Positions 44,401-59,893 of a stretch of 64,000 nt of DNA are shown here, one piece after another. This stretch comes from Scenedesmus sp. PABB004 (taxonomy: Eukaryota). The stretch is from positions 806,001 to 870,000 of the forward strand of contig JABVCE010000015.1 of NCBI GenBank assembly GCA_014905635.1. The letters are read 5' to 3'. Under the pieces are notes generated by a model that saw only the letters and a program-made list of their open reading frames with translations, was not told the origin of the DNA and searched no databases. The position numbers and the translations under genes were made by a program. Within the stretch, counting starts at the first letter, position 1; every line of letters begins with the position of its first letter.

Positions 44401-47160
44401 CCGCGCACGGCGCGCCGCTGTGCAACCATGCTGCCTGCCTGTGCCGCCCTGCCCCCCCCCCTCCATAGTGCGCTGCACACACACCTGGTTGATCTCTGTG
44501 ACGATCTCTTCAACGGTCACGCCCTGACTGCTGATGCCCAGCGCGTCCGCGAGCGCTTTCGCGGCTTCCAGGTTCTGCTGCACGCTGAGCCCCGGCAGCG
44601 TGGTGATCTTGAACATAGAGGTGACGCTGCTTAGCATCCGGCGGCGGCCGCAGGTGTCAGGCGTGATAGGCGTGACCACGATGTTGGCTGCCTCCTCTGG
44701 CGTCATGCCCTGCGTGAGCTGCGCCTGCAGGCTGGCCGCCATGACGACTGCCGCGCCCGCGTCGCAGGTCGTCATTTGCAGGCCCACGTTGACCACCGGC
44801 TGCTCCACGACCGGCGTGACGCAACAGATCTCCTTGGTCGCGTCGCTGGCGGCGTCCAGCTGCGGCACGGGGCTTCTGTTGGGGAGGCCCTCGCAGAGGG
44901 ATGCCGGGCACGCGTCCTGCGCGCGCACAGCGGCGGCGGCAGCGCAGCAGGTGAGCGCGGCGCGTTGCCCCGGGCGCTGCGGGCAGGCCAGGGCGCCAGG
45001 CGCGGCGCGGCAGCAGCACGCACGCAGCAGGTCGCAAAGGTCGGGGCGACGCCCTTGGCCACGTCACCGGCGCGGGGGCTGGCGCCGGGGCAAGAGACGG
45101 ACGAGCAGGTGTGCTGCACGGGGCGGAGCGCGGTGTGGCAGGTCAGCAAGGCCTGCCTGGCTGCAGCTGCGGAGCGCACGCGCCCTCGCTGGCCATGGCA
45201 GCCACTCACACAACACTCCGCCGCGGAGGAGCCGGCGGTGGTGGGCGGCCGGGGCACTCCCTGGGCGCAGTTGAAGTTGCCACAGGTCGGCACCCACCCG
45301 CCGCCGCCGCCGCCGCCGCTGTCAGGGGAGGGGCTGGGGCTTGTCGGGGGCGCCGGGCTGGGGCTGGGGCTGGTGGGTGTCGGTGAGGGGCTTGCGACCG
45401 GTGACGGTGACGGGCTGGGGCTCGTGCCCGGCTCGGTCGCGACTGCGCCAGGGCGGGCGGCGCGCGGTCAACGCCGGCGGCCGCCGTCGAGCGGCAGCGG
45501 CGCCAAACACCCTGCGCCCCCATCTGCCAGCCACGAGCACCCACCGATGCCCGTCACGTCCGCGCCCAGGCCGGCGGCAGTGGTCTGCAGCGCGTCCTTG
45601 AAGGGCTGGCTGTTGAGCGTCTGCAGCACCGGGGCGGGGTCGCCGCTGGACAGGACCTGCATGCCGTAGCTCGCGCCCCCCGTCGCGCGAGGCACGGCCA
45701 GCGGGCGGCGGCGCCGCGCTGAATCCTGGGGGGCGGTCGGGCGGCGGCAAGCACGCGGCGACAGGCAGCGGGGCCGGCGGCGGGGTGAGCCGGGACGGCA
45801 CGCGGTGGGGCTTGCGCGCGCCGGCATCAACGCAGCCGTATGACCCCATGCAGAGAGAGCAGCGCACGTTGATGCAGACGGTCTTCTTGACCTCCGCCGT
45901 GCCGCCCAGCGCGGCGGCGGTGGCGGACACGAGCGCGTCGTGCAGCGTGGCGTTGCAGGGCCCGCTCGCGCGCACGGTGAGGTCAGCGACCAGCACCACG
46001 GGCGGCGTAGGTGACGGCGAGGGCGCAGGGGACGGCAGCGGCACATCTGCGCAGCGCGGCGACGACGGTCAGCGGCAAAGGTGAGCGGCGGCGGCGTGCT
46101 GCCAGCGGCCGAGGCCTGAACCAACAGCCAAGCGAGCGTGGGCGTTTGGCGCCAGCGCACCTGACTCGCAGGCGGCGGCGCCGGGCAGGGAGGTTGTGCC
46201 GGGCTCGCACGCCTGGCAGGCCGTGGTTGTAGCGGCGCCGCCGGCGGAGAACTGGTTGGCCTCGCACTCTGCGCATGTCGCGCCGCCATGCCCGAGCTGG
46301 CAGGCTGCGCGGTGGGGCGGCGTGTGCGTGAGGCGGGGCGGCGGCGGGGTTGGTGCTGGCCTCGTCGCCGCGCGCCGGCGCGCTGTTTGTCACCCGCACG
46401 CAGCGCACTGCCCCCGCACCGTCGCAGGTGGCCGCGCCGCGCGCGAGGGTGGTGCGGCCGGTGGGGCAGGCCTTGCACCGCGGCGCGAGGGGGCTGGTTG
46501 GCGCCAGCGCGATGGCGCCGCCGGGCGAGGCCCGGCCCATGGCGCACGGGCGGCAGACAGGGACGCGGACGGTCGCGCCGTTGGCGGTCTGCGTCAGGCG
46601 GCGAACCTCCATGCCGGGCGGGCAGGCTGTGTGCGGCGGCGGTGCGGCGGATGATGTGCAGTGTGGGCCGGCGGCACGGCGCGTTGTGCGCACGGCGAGG
46701 AGGCGCGGGGGCAGCCGGCCCCTGACGCTCGGCGGCGCTCACCGTCGCAGCTGGTGGAGCCGCGCTTGAGCGTGGTGAGGCCGTCGCGGCAGGCGAGGCA
46801 CTTGGTTGCGCCCGGCGTTGGGCTGAAACGCTTGAGGGCGCACGGCACGCACTTGCCCCCGCGCGTGGGGTGCGGCACGTAGCCGGCCTTGCAGCAGAGG
46901 CAGGGCCGGTCCTTGCGGAGCACGCCGGGGGCCGACTTGTCGCACACGGCGCAGTTGGCGGCGCAGAGCGCGGTGGTGCCGGCGCCGACGCTGCACGCGG
47001 GGGGCAGCCCGGCGGGCGCGGCGGCGGCGAGGCCCAGGCCCGCCGCCTCGTCGTCCTCCTCCTGCAGCAGGGCGCGGCCCGAGGGGAGCTGGTTGCTGGC
47101 GCAGCACTGCCGCAGCGCGAGCGCCACCAGCAGCGCCACGATTGGGGTCGGTCTGGTCAT
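38443..47160 (-). CDS. Large secreted Cys-rich multidomain protein, copy B (paralog of 27921-36661)
   Basis: Signal peptide MTRPTPIVALLVALALRQCCA followed by SNQLPSGRALLQ. Same exon structure as copy A. Ends RTWSWAFDG* with TGA at 38443-38445. Confidence 0.8.
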
Positions 47161-47829
47161 CGCGGTGATGGGTCAGCCCGGCCGCGGGCGGCGCGCGCCT
47201 GCGGCCACAGCGCGGCGGGGAAGGTAGTGTGGGCGGTTTCAGGCGGGTCAGGCGGGTACGAGGGAGAGCTCACGCTGGCATGGCTGCCGCGCTGCGGAAA
47301 AGAGAGGAAGGGCCGCCGCTGTGGGGTCGGCGCGGACGCACTCCGGCTGCTGCTGTTGCACGACTGAACGCTGCGTCGGGAGTTATGCTGGTTGCGGGGA
47401 GCGGCGCTGCAATCGGGACGCGCGCGCGCGCGCGCGCGGACTGCCGCGCGCCACCAACCCTCGCGTGGTCGCGTCTCCGGCTCCTGGTGCCTCTGTCACT
47501 GTCCCCGGGCACGCGAATGCATTACGTGACGCCCCACAGCGCGTGGCAGTCATTCGCGGCACTGGGGATCTATCGGTCATGGCTCCGTTCACGGGTGAAC
47601 TCGCGGCGAGTTCAGGCCAAACCCCCGTGATGCGACGGGCTGCAACATGGGCCGCTCGAAGCGCGCGCTCGATCGCCGGCCACGCGGCGGAACTCGCGGT
47701 GCGACGATCGTCGCGAGCTGGCGGCGCGACGCGTCTCGCTCGTTGACCGCGCGCCCAGCGCAGGTGCCGCCCCGCGCCTGCTTGCGCAGCGGGGCGGACG
47801 CGCCCTCGGCCCTGCCCCGCCCCTGCCGC

Positions 47830-51966
<4,137 letters not shown>

Positions 51967-52365
51967 GCTGCGCCCACGGCGGCGGCGGGCGCCGGGGCCG
52001 GCGGCGGGGCCGGCGGCGGGCGGCGGGGGCGATCGGCGGCGGCGCTGCGCTCGCGGCCGGCGCGCTGCTCCGCTGCTCCCGGGACGGCGCGGCGCAGGGC
52101 GGCGTCGGCGGGGTGGTGGCGCGCATCGTCGGTGACGGGCGGCCGAGCGCATCGACAGGCCCCGTTGGCGGGGTTTTCGGCGCTGGGCCCAGAGGGTGGT
52201 TGAGCCGCCGCCGCCGAGCCCGCACCTGCCGCCGCGCCGGCGCGCCCGCACTACCTGCCGCCCGGGCACGCCTCGCGCCACGCTGTGCCTAGTCTCCACG
52301 AGCCCTCGCCGCCCGCCCACGCCCGCCACATGCTGCGCGGCGCCCGCTAGACCGAGCCCGCCGCG
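51967..52365. promoter_or_regulatory. Putative bidirectional promoter between the NDR kinase and ABCG genes
   Basis: Only ~400 bp separate the divergent start codons at 51966 and 52366. No core motif was identified. Confidence 0.5.
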
Positions 52366-55300
52366 ATGGCGGTGCCGGGCGTGCTGGCGCCCGCGTCACG
52401 CGCACGGTCTGCGCTGGCAATTGCCGTGTGGGCGGCGCTGGCGACCCTGGGGCGCGCGGGCTGCAGCCTGCGCCTGGAGGGCGATGGCGGAATGCAGTTT
52501 TCCGGCGCCAGCGCGGCCAGGTGCGCGCCACGCAGCGCCTTGTGCTCGGGCGTGAGGTGCTGCAGTTCTGGGGCGCGCCGCGCGGGCTGCAGCGGCCTGG
52601 GCGCGCGGGGTCGCAGCTGGCAGCAGGCCAGCTCACTGCCCGCCAGCGAGGCGCCCTGGGAGGGCCCCGAGCTGCGGCCGCCGTCTGCGCGGCGAGGACC
52701 CGGCAGCAGGCCCGGACGAGCTGCGGCGGGGGAGCAGCGGCGGCGCCGCGGCGCGGCGAGGCGGGCAGCAGCTGACGCCGCCGCCGCGCCGGCGCTCGCC
52801 GCGGCGCAGCATGGTCAAGGGCGCGTTCCCCGTGGCGCCCGCGGACCCTGAGACCGCCATCAGCCTCAGCGGGCCCATGTTCCTGACCCTCCCGGGCGAC
52901 GCGCCGTGCCCCGACACCGAGGCCGCCTGGGCAGCCGCGGGTGCGCGCTGCGGCAGCTGCGGCAGCAGCGCCAGCAGCGCCAGCAGCGCCAGCCGCGCCG
53001 GCCGGCGCTGACGCGCGCGCCGCCGCCGCCGCCGCGTCCCGCGCGCCGCAGTGCCGCGCGCGGTGATCACGTCGGCGCCGTCGCCGTACGTCTTCCGCCC
53101 GCTGCGCGTGTCGCCGGACGCGCTGCGCCTGGTGGTCATGGGCCTGCCCCTCAACATGACCGGCCTGGCGGTCAACCTCACGCTCGCCGGCCGCCCCACC
53201 GCGGGCGGCGGCGGCTTTGCGGTGTCGGGCGGCGTAGCCGAGGGCCACGTCTTCAGCGACACCCCGCTCACGGGCGGGCCGCAGCTGCAGGCGATGGCCG
53301 CGACGCCCGCGGCGCCGACGGCGAGCCCCGCGGCCGTGTCGGTGAAGCGCGGCGCGCTCAACATCACGCTGCCGCGGCTCAACCTCACCTTTGTCAGCGA
53401 GACGTCCGGCAGCGTCGGCGGCAAGCCCTGGACCGGCAGCCTCACGTTCAGCCTCGCCGGCCCGCTCACCCTCACCGCCGCGCTGGGCTGCCCCGGCGGC
53501 TGCGGCGACAACGGGCGCTGCGTGGCCCTCAACGCCAGCGCCGCCGGCGGCGGCGCCGGCTGCGAGTGCGAGTGCGGGTGGGCCGCCGACGCGGCGACCG
53601 GGCGCTGCGAGGTGCCCGCGGGGTCCTGCCCGCTCTTCGGCGACGCCGCCGGCGGCCGCAGCGTCTCGCTCGTCAACGCCAGCGGCGCCGGCGGCTGCGA
53701 GGGCGGCGCCGCCGGCAGCAGCGCGGCCGCGACCGCGGGCGGCGCGTGCCCCGCGGCGTACGGCTTTGACGTGTTCACCAAGACCTGCGCCAAGTGCCCC
53801 AGCGCCGACTGGGCCGGCCCCGGCTGCAAGATGTGCACCACCGACAAGGCCTGCCAGGTGCGGCAGCGGCGGCGGCGGCGGCGGCAGCGGTGCCGGCGGC
53901 AGCGGCGGCAGCGGCAGCGGAAGCGACGGCAGCAGCAGCGGCGGCGCCGCCGCGTGGTCGCGCCCTGCTCAAGCAAGCGCGCGCGCGCGCCGCAGACCAA
54001 GCTGAGCAAGCCCAACGGCGTGTGCTCGACCGGGCTGACCTACAACGAGCGCTCGGCCCAAAAGTTCTACGCCTGCTCCCTCACCGACACGAGCATCGCG
54101 CGCATCATCGGCCCCGTGCTCCCGCTCACCTGCACCACCGGCGGCGGCGCCGGCGGCCGCAAGGGCGGCAACTCGGCGCTCGCGGGTGCGTGGCGGGGCG
54201 AGGCGGGGGAAGGGCGGGGGAGGGCGGCGGCGCGCCGGGCGGGGCGGCGCGCGGCTGGCAATACGGCGCTCATCGGGCCTGGCCGCCGCCCGCCGCCGCA
54301 GTGAACGACGCGGCGCTGCTGGGCAACCAGGCGAGCTGCACGATCGCGATGCGCCTCGCCGGCATGCCCGCGGGGCAGAGCGCGATGTGCACCGCGACCG
54401 GTGCGCCGCCGCGCCGCGGCCGCGCGATGTGCCCGGGGCGCCGGCGGCAGCAGCAGGCGGGCGCAGCCGGCGCGCGCCCCCCTCCCTCCCCGACGCCCGC
54501 GCCGCAGGCTGCCACTTTGCGGCGGGGAGCCCGAGCTTCCGCTGCGACGGCGTCGCGTGCGACTGCCCCGACGGCTGCCCGTCGACGTACCTCAAGACCT
54601 TTCGCGGCGTCAGCGGCGCCGTCACGCTCGACTGCGACGTGATGGGCCAGGACTGCCACATCGTGGTGCGTGGTGCTGCGCGCGCTGCGGTGGCGGCGGC
54701 CGGCGGCCGAGCGCTGCACGCGCGCGGCGCGCTCGCTGCCTCGCGTGCGTGCCGCGCTCGCTGACTCGTGCCGCGCGGTGCGCAGATCGGCAGCCTCAAC
54801 ATGCGCATCGCCGCGACGTGCGAGGCGAGCGAGTGCCTCGACCCCGCCGGCCCCAAGCGCGTGGGCTCGGCGACCGCGTCGGCGGCGGGCCCGCCGGTCG
54901 CGCCGCCGCTGATCGCGGCGCTGCCGCTGCTCGCGCTGCTGCTCGGCGGCGCGGCGTGCCTCGCGTCGCTCGCGCGCTACAGCCACCTGCTGTTCCCCCA
55001 CCGCGGTCGCGGCGCGGCGCCGCGCCGCGTGCCCTGCCTCGGCCGCGGGCCCGCGCACGCGCGCAGCAGCAGTGGCGCCGGCGGCGACGCCGGCGGCGGC
55101 GGCGCGGCGGCGGTCGCGGCTGCCGCGTTTGGCGGCAGCGCCGCCGCACGCGCCCCGCACGGCTCGCGGCTCGGCGCCGCGCCGGGCGGCGCCGCCGCGT
55201 GCGGGAGCGCCGGCAGCTCGCCCAAGGCGGGCGCCGCGTTCAGCAGCGGCGGCCTCAGCAACGGCGGCGGCCTCGGCGGGCCTGCGCGTGGGATCGGGAG

Positions 55301-57727
55301 CATCAGCCAGCTCACCTTTGTGGACGTCACCGCGGACGTGCGCCTGCCGCTAAGCTGGCGCGAGCGCCTCGCGCGCCCGCTCGCGGCACGGCGCGGCGGC
55401 GGTGCGCCCGGCTCGGCGCCCGGCAGCGGCGGCGGCGCGGACGTCGAGCTCGGGTCGCGGCCGGCCGACGGCGCCAACAAGCCCGCCGTCGTCGACGGTG
55501 CCGCGAACGGCGGCGCGGCGGCGGGCCCCCCGCGCCGGCGTCGCCCGCGAGCGCGCGCTCGAGCAGCAGCGGCAGCGACGCGGTCGTCGGCCCCGCCGAC
55601 GCGGCGCACGGGCGCTGGCGCCGCGTGCTGCGCGGCGTGAGCGGCGCCGTGAGCAGCGGCGAGGTGCTTGGCGTCATGGGCCCCAGCGGCGGCGGCAAGT
55701 CGACGCTGCTGCTCAAGCTCTGCGGCTCGCTCGGCGGCGGCGGCGGCGGGCGGCGCGGCTGCGCGTGGCGCAGCGGCGGCCTCGTCACGCTCGACGGCGT
55801 CGCGGCGCCGCCGTCGCTGCTCGCCGCCGTGACCGCGCTCGTCCCCCAGGACGACACGCTCATGCGCAGCCTCACCGTGGAGGAGTGCATCCGGTGCGGC
55901 GGCGGGCCGGCGCCGCGCAGACTGCCCTAGGGGATCCAACCCCCTTGCGCGGGAGGGATTGGCTGCGCGCGGGCCGTGCGCGGGGCAGGCGCGGCGCGGC
56001 GCGGCGTCACTCACGCTGCCGCCGCCGCCGGCCGCGCGCGTCGCCGCCGCAGGTACTCGGCCGCGCTTCGCCTCGACCCGTCGCTGCCGCCGGGCGTCGT
56101 GTCGTCGCGCGTGTCGGGCGTGATGGCCACGCTCGGCCTCACCCACATCGCCGGCAGCACCGTGCTCAGCGGCACGGGCGTGAGCGGCGTGAGCGGCGGC
56201 GAGCGGCGCCGCGTGGCGATCGGGATGGAGCTGGTCATCGACCCGCAGGTGCGGCGGCGCACCGGGCGGGCGCACCGGGCCGGCGCGCAGGCGGCTGCAC
56301 AAGGGGGCTGCACAAGGGGGCTGCGCAGAGGCTTGCCAGCACGGCCCCGGCGCGCGAGGGGGCGGCGCCGCGGCGGCGACCGCCGGGGCGGGGCCCGCGC
56401 GCCGCGGCCAGCTCGTGCCGACCGCGCGCCGCCGCGCGCCCGGTCTGCCGCCGCCGCGCCCGGCGCCAGGTGCTGGTGCTGGACGAGCCGCTGTCGGGGC
56501 TGGACTCGTACACCGCGCTCCAGCTCATGTCGACGCTCAAGGCGGTCGCCGCGAGCGGGCGCGGCGTCGCGCTGTCGCTGCACCAGCCCTCGCCCGCCAT
56601 CTACGGCGCCCTCGACGCCGCGATGCTGCTCGCCGGCGGCCTGGTCGTGTACGCGGGCCCCCCGCCGCGGCGCAGGGCGCGCTCAGCGCGCTCGGCGTGC
56701 CCGTGCCGCCGGGCATCACGCTCGCGGAGCACCTGCTGCACGTCGTCTGCGACCCGGAGAGCCTCGCCGCCGTCGTCGCCGCCGCGGCGGCGGCGCACCG
56801 CGAGGCCGCCGCCGCGGCGCGCGGCGGCGGCAAGCCCGGCGCCGGGCACCACGCGCGCGGCGGCAGCCACGACGGCGCGACGCTCGACCAGGCGCCCTGG
56901 CCCGCGCCGGGCGCACGCGCGCCGTCGCTCGCGACGCAGGGCTCGGGCCTGCTGGTGCCGCAGGGCTCCGGCCTGCTGGTGCCGCAGGGGTCGGGCCTGC
57001 TCGCGCCGCAGAGCTCCGGCCTGCTCGCGACGGTCGGCCCCGCGCCGCCCGCGAGCGGCGGCGGCGGCGGCGCCCCCGCCGCCGCTCGTGAGCCAGGGCA
57101 GCCTGCCCAAGCCCTGGTCGCTGCAGCGCGGCTTCGGCGCGACGTTCAGCCCCCGCGCGAGCGCGAGCGGGCAGGCGCGCGCGCTGCTCGGCCTGTCGCC
57201 GCCGGCGCGGCCGTTTGGGCGCCAGGTTGCGGTGCTCTTCTGGCGCGGCGGGCTCGACATGCTGCGCAATCCCCTGCTCACCGCGTTCCACTCCCTCGGC
57301 GGCCTGGGGCTGGGGCTGCTCGTGGGCGTCATCTTCTACGGCGGTGCGCCGCGCAGGGGTTTAGGGTTTTAGGTTTTAGGGCGGCGCCGCGCGGGAGGTG
57401 TAGGTTTAGGCGCGCCGCCGCGCAGGGGTTTGAGGGTTTGGGCGAGCGCGCCGCCGCTGGCAGCGGCGCGAGCGGCGCCCGCGCGCCCGCGCGTACCGCC
57501 GCCAACGCCACCCCCGCCGCCGCCGCGCCCCGCTGCCGCCCGCCGCCCCGCCGCCGCCGCTGTCCCGCGCCGCGCAGTCCAGAACGACACGAGCGGCGCG
57601 CAGAACCGCGTCGGCGCGCTCTTCTTCGCCCTCTGCCTGCTCGCGTTCACCTCCGTCACCGCGGTCGACCTCGTGCAGGTGGCCGGCTGGCTGGCTGGCT
57701 GGCCGCGTGTGGCTGCGCGTGGCCGCG

Positions 57728-57762
<35 letters not shown>

Positions 57763-57800
57763 CTGTGTGGCTGTGTGGCTGTGTGCGTGTGTGTGTGTGG

Positions 57801-57862
<62 letters not shown>

Positions 57863-59275
57863 CTGTGCGGCTGTGTGGCTGTGTGCGTGTGTGTGTGTGG
57901 CTGTGTGTGTGTGTGTGTGTGTGTCTGTGTCTGTGTCTGTGTCTGTGTCTGTGTCTGTGTCTGTGTGTGTGTGTGTGTCCGGTGCCGCCCTCCCGCCCCG
58001 CCTCCCACCGCCGCACCCCCGTCTCACGCCTCCCCTCCCTCCAACCCCCAACCCCCGCCGCCGCGTCCGCCGCGCCCCCTCAACCCTGACCCGCCCAGGC
58101 CGAGGCGACCGCGGCGGGGCGTGAGATGGGGCGCAAGTACTACTCGCCGCTCGCCTACGCGGCCACCAAGCTCGTGCTCGACGGCCTACTCCTCCGCGCG
58201 CTGCCGGCGCTGCTCTTCGGCCTGCCCTTCTACTTCCTCATGGGCCTAAACCCCGCGCCAGCGCAGGTGCGTGTGGGGCCTAGGGTTTAGGGTTTAGGGT
58301 TCAGGCCTCGGGCGTCGGCGGGGTGCGGGGAGCGGGACGCGGCGCAGCGCGTGCTGTGCGCACGCTGCGCCGCGCTTCCGTCGGCGCGCAAGCCAGGGCG
58401 GCGGGGCAGTGCCGCGCCCGGGGTGCTGCGCACTGAACGGCCGCCGCGCCGCGCCGCGCACGCACAGGTCGTGACGGCGCTGATGGTGCTCGTCGGCTTC
58501 AGCGGCGCGGTCGGCGGCGTCGCGCTCGGCTGCGCCGCGGCGCTGGACAGCCCGGGCAAGACCATCCTGGTCATGAACCTGGTGCGTGGTGGGGTGTGGT
58601 CCTGATGAACCCTCTGGGCAGCGCGACGCGACGCGGCGCCGCCTGGCAGCGCCCGCCGCGCCGCCGCCGGCGCCGCCCGCGCGCCTGCTCACTCGCACCC
58701 GCGCCCCTCAACCCCTGAACCCCTGAACCCTGCACCCAGGTCCTGCTCCTGGGCGTGCTGTTTGGCGGCTTCCTGGCCAACAAGGCCTCCATCCCCGCCT
58801 GGCTGCGCTGGGCGTCCTGGCTCAGCGTGTTCAGGCGCGTGGACCGCGCGCGCACGCGCCGCCGCCGCCACTGCGCTCCCTCTCTCCCCCTCTCTCCCCC
58901 TCTCCCCCTCTCTCTCCCTCCTGTCTCTCTCACCCCTCACGCACCCGCTCACACCCTCTCACGCCGCCGCTGCCGCGCTGCACACACTGCACACCCTGAA
59001 CCCTGCTTAAACCTCTGACCCTGAACCCCAAACCCGCGCGCAGGTACGCGTGGGAGGCGCTCGCCATCAACGAGCTGTCGGGGCTGGACCTCTTCCTCTC
59101 CGCCCCAGGCGTCTCGCTCAGCCTGCCCGTGCGGGGCGAGGTCTTCCTGCAGATCATCGGCGTCGACGCCGCGCTGCTGCCGCTCGACATCGCCGTCCTC
59201 GTCGGCCTCTACGCCGCGGCGGCGGGCTTTGTCGTCGCCGTCGTGTGCTGGCGCAACCGCCAGGCCAAGCACTGA
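52366..59275 (+). CDS. ABCG half-transporter with large N-terminal extracellular Cys-rich/EGF-like region (ADP1-like); three apparent frameshifts
   Basis: Signal-peptide-like start; CPGGCGDNGRC..CECECGW..C; CPSADWAGPGCKMCTTDKAC; TM segment LIAALPLLALLLGG; Walker A GPSGGGKS; signature VSGGERRRVAIGMELV; Walker B VLVLDEPLSGLDS; H-loop SLHQPS; ABC2 membrane domain GAQNRVGALFF..LFGGFLAN..IPAWLRW..YAWEALAINE. TGA at 59273-59275. Confidence 0.9.
57732..57978. repeat. Compound (GT)n/(GGCTGT)/(GTCTGT) microsatellite in an ABCG intron
   Basis: A ~250-bp GT-based array. Confidence 0.95.
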
Positions 59276-59893
59276 GGCCGGGGCGCGCGCACGCGAACGG
59301 AGGGAGGGCGGACGGCGGGAGGGCGCGCGAGAGGGCGGAAGGGCGGAAGGGTGGGAGGAGGGAAGGGCGGGGGGCGGGGCGGGACGCTCGGCCGCGCGGC
59401 GCCACCGTCGCGCCCGGCCGACCGGCCGCCGTGGCGTGTGCACACCGCGTTGCGGCGCGCGCGCGCTCTGCGTGTGCGCCTTGCCTTTGCCTTTGCCTCG
59501 TCGGCGCTAGGACGGGGGGCACGCGTTTGGGTTGGCACGTACTAGCAGGCGCGCGGGGGGCCCTGTGGCTGCCGCGCGCCCGCCTGACTTGACGGCGGCG
59601 ACGACGACGACGACCGCGTGCGTGCGTGCGTGCGTGCGCTTCGCATGACTGCCCGCGTGCTTGCATTGTGCGTTGACGGCCCGACATTTCATGCTGGCGC
59701 GCCGCCGCGCCCACACGACGGCAGGGCGCGCGCCCCGGACTGCGACACGTCCCGCACAGCGCCGCCGCCACACAGGGAGGGGGGAGGGGGCAACCACAAC
59801 AGGCTGCGTGTGCGTGCCTGGTGCCTGCCTGCGTAACACGACCGAACGGGCTCCGTTACACCCGACCGCGGCGCAGAGGCGCAGAGGCTCGCC

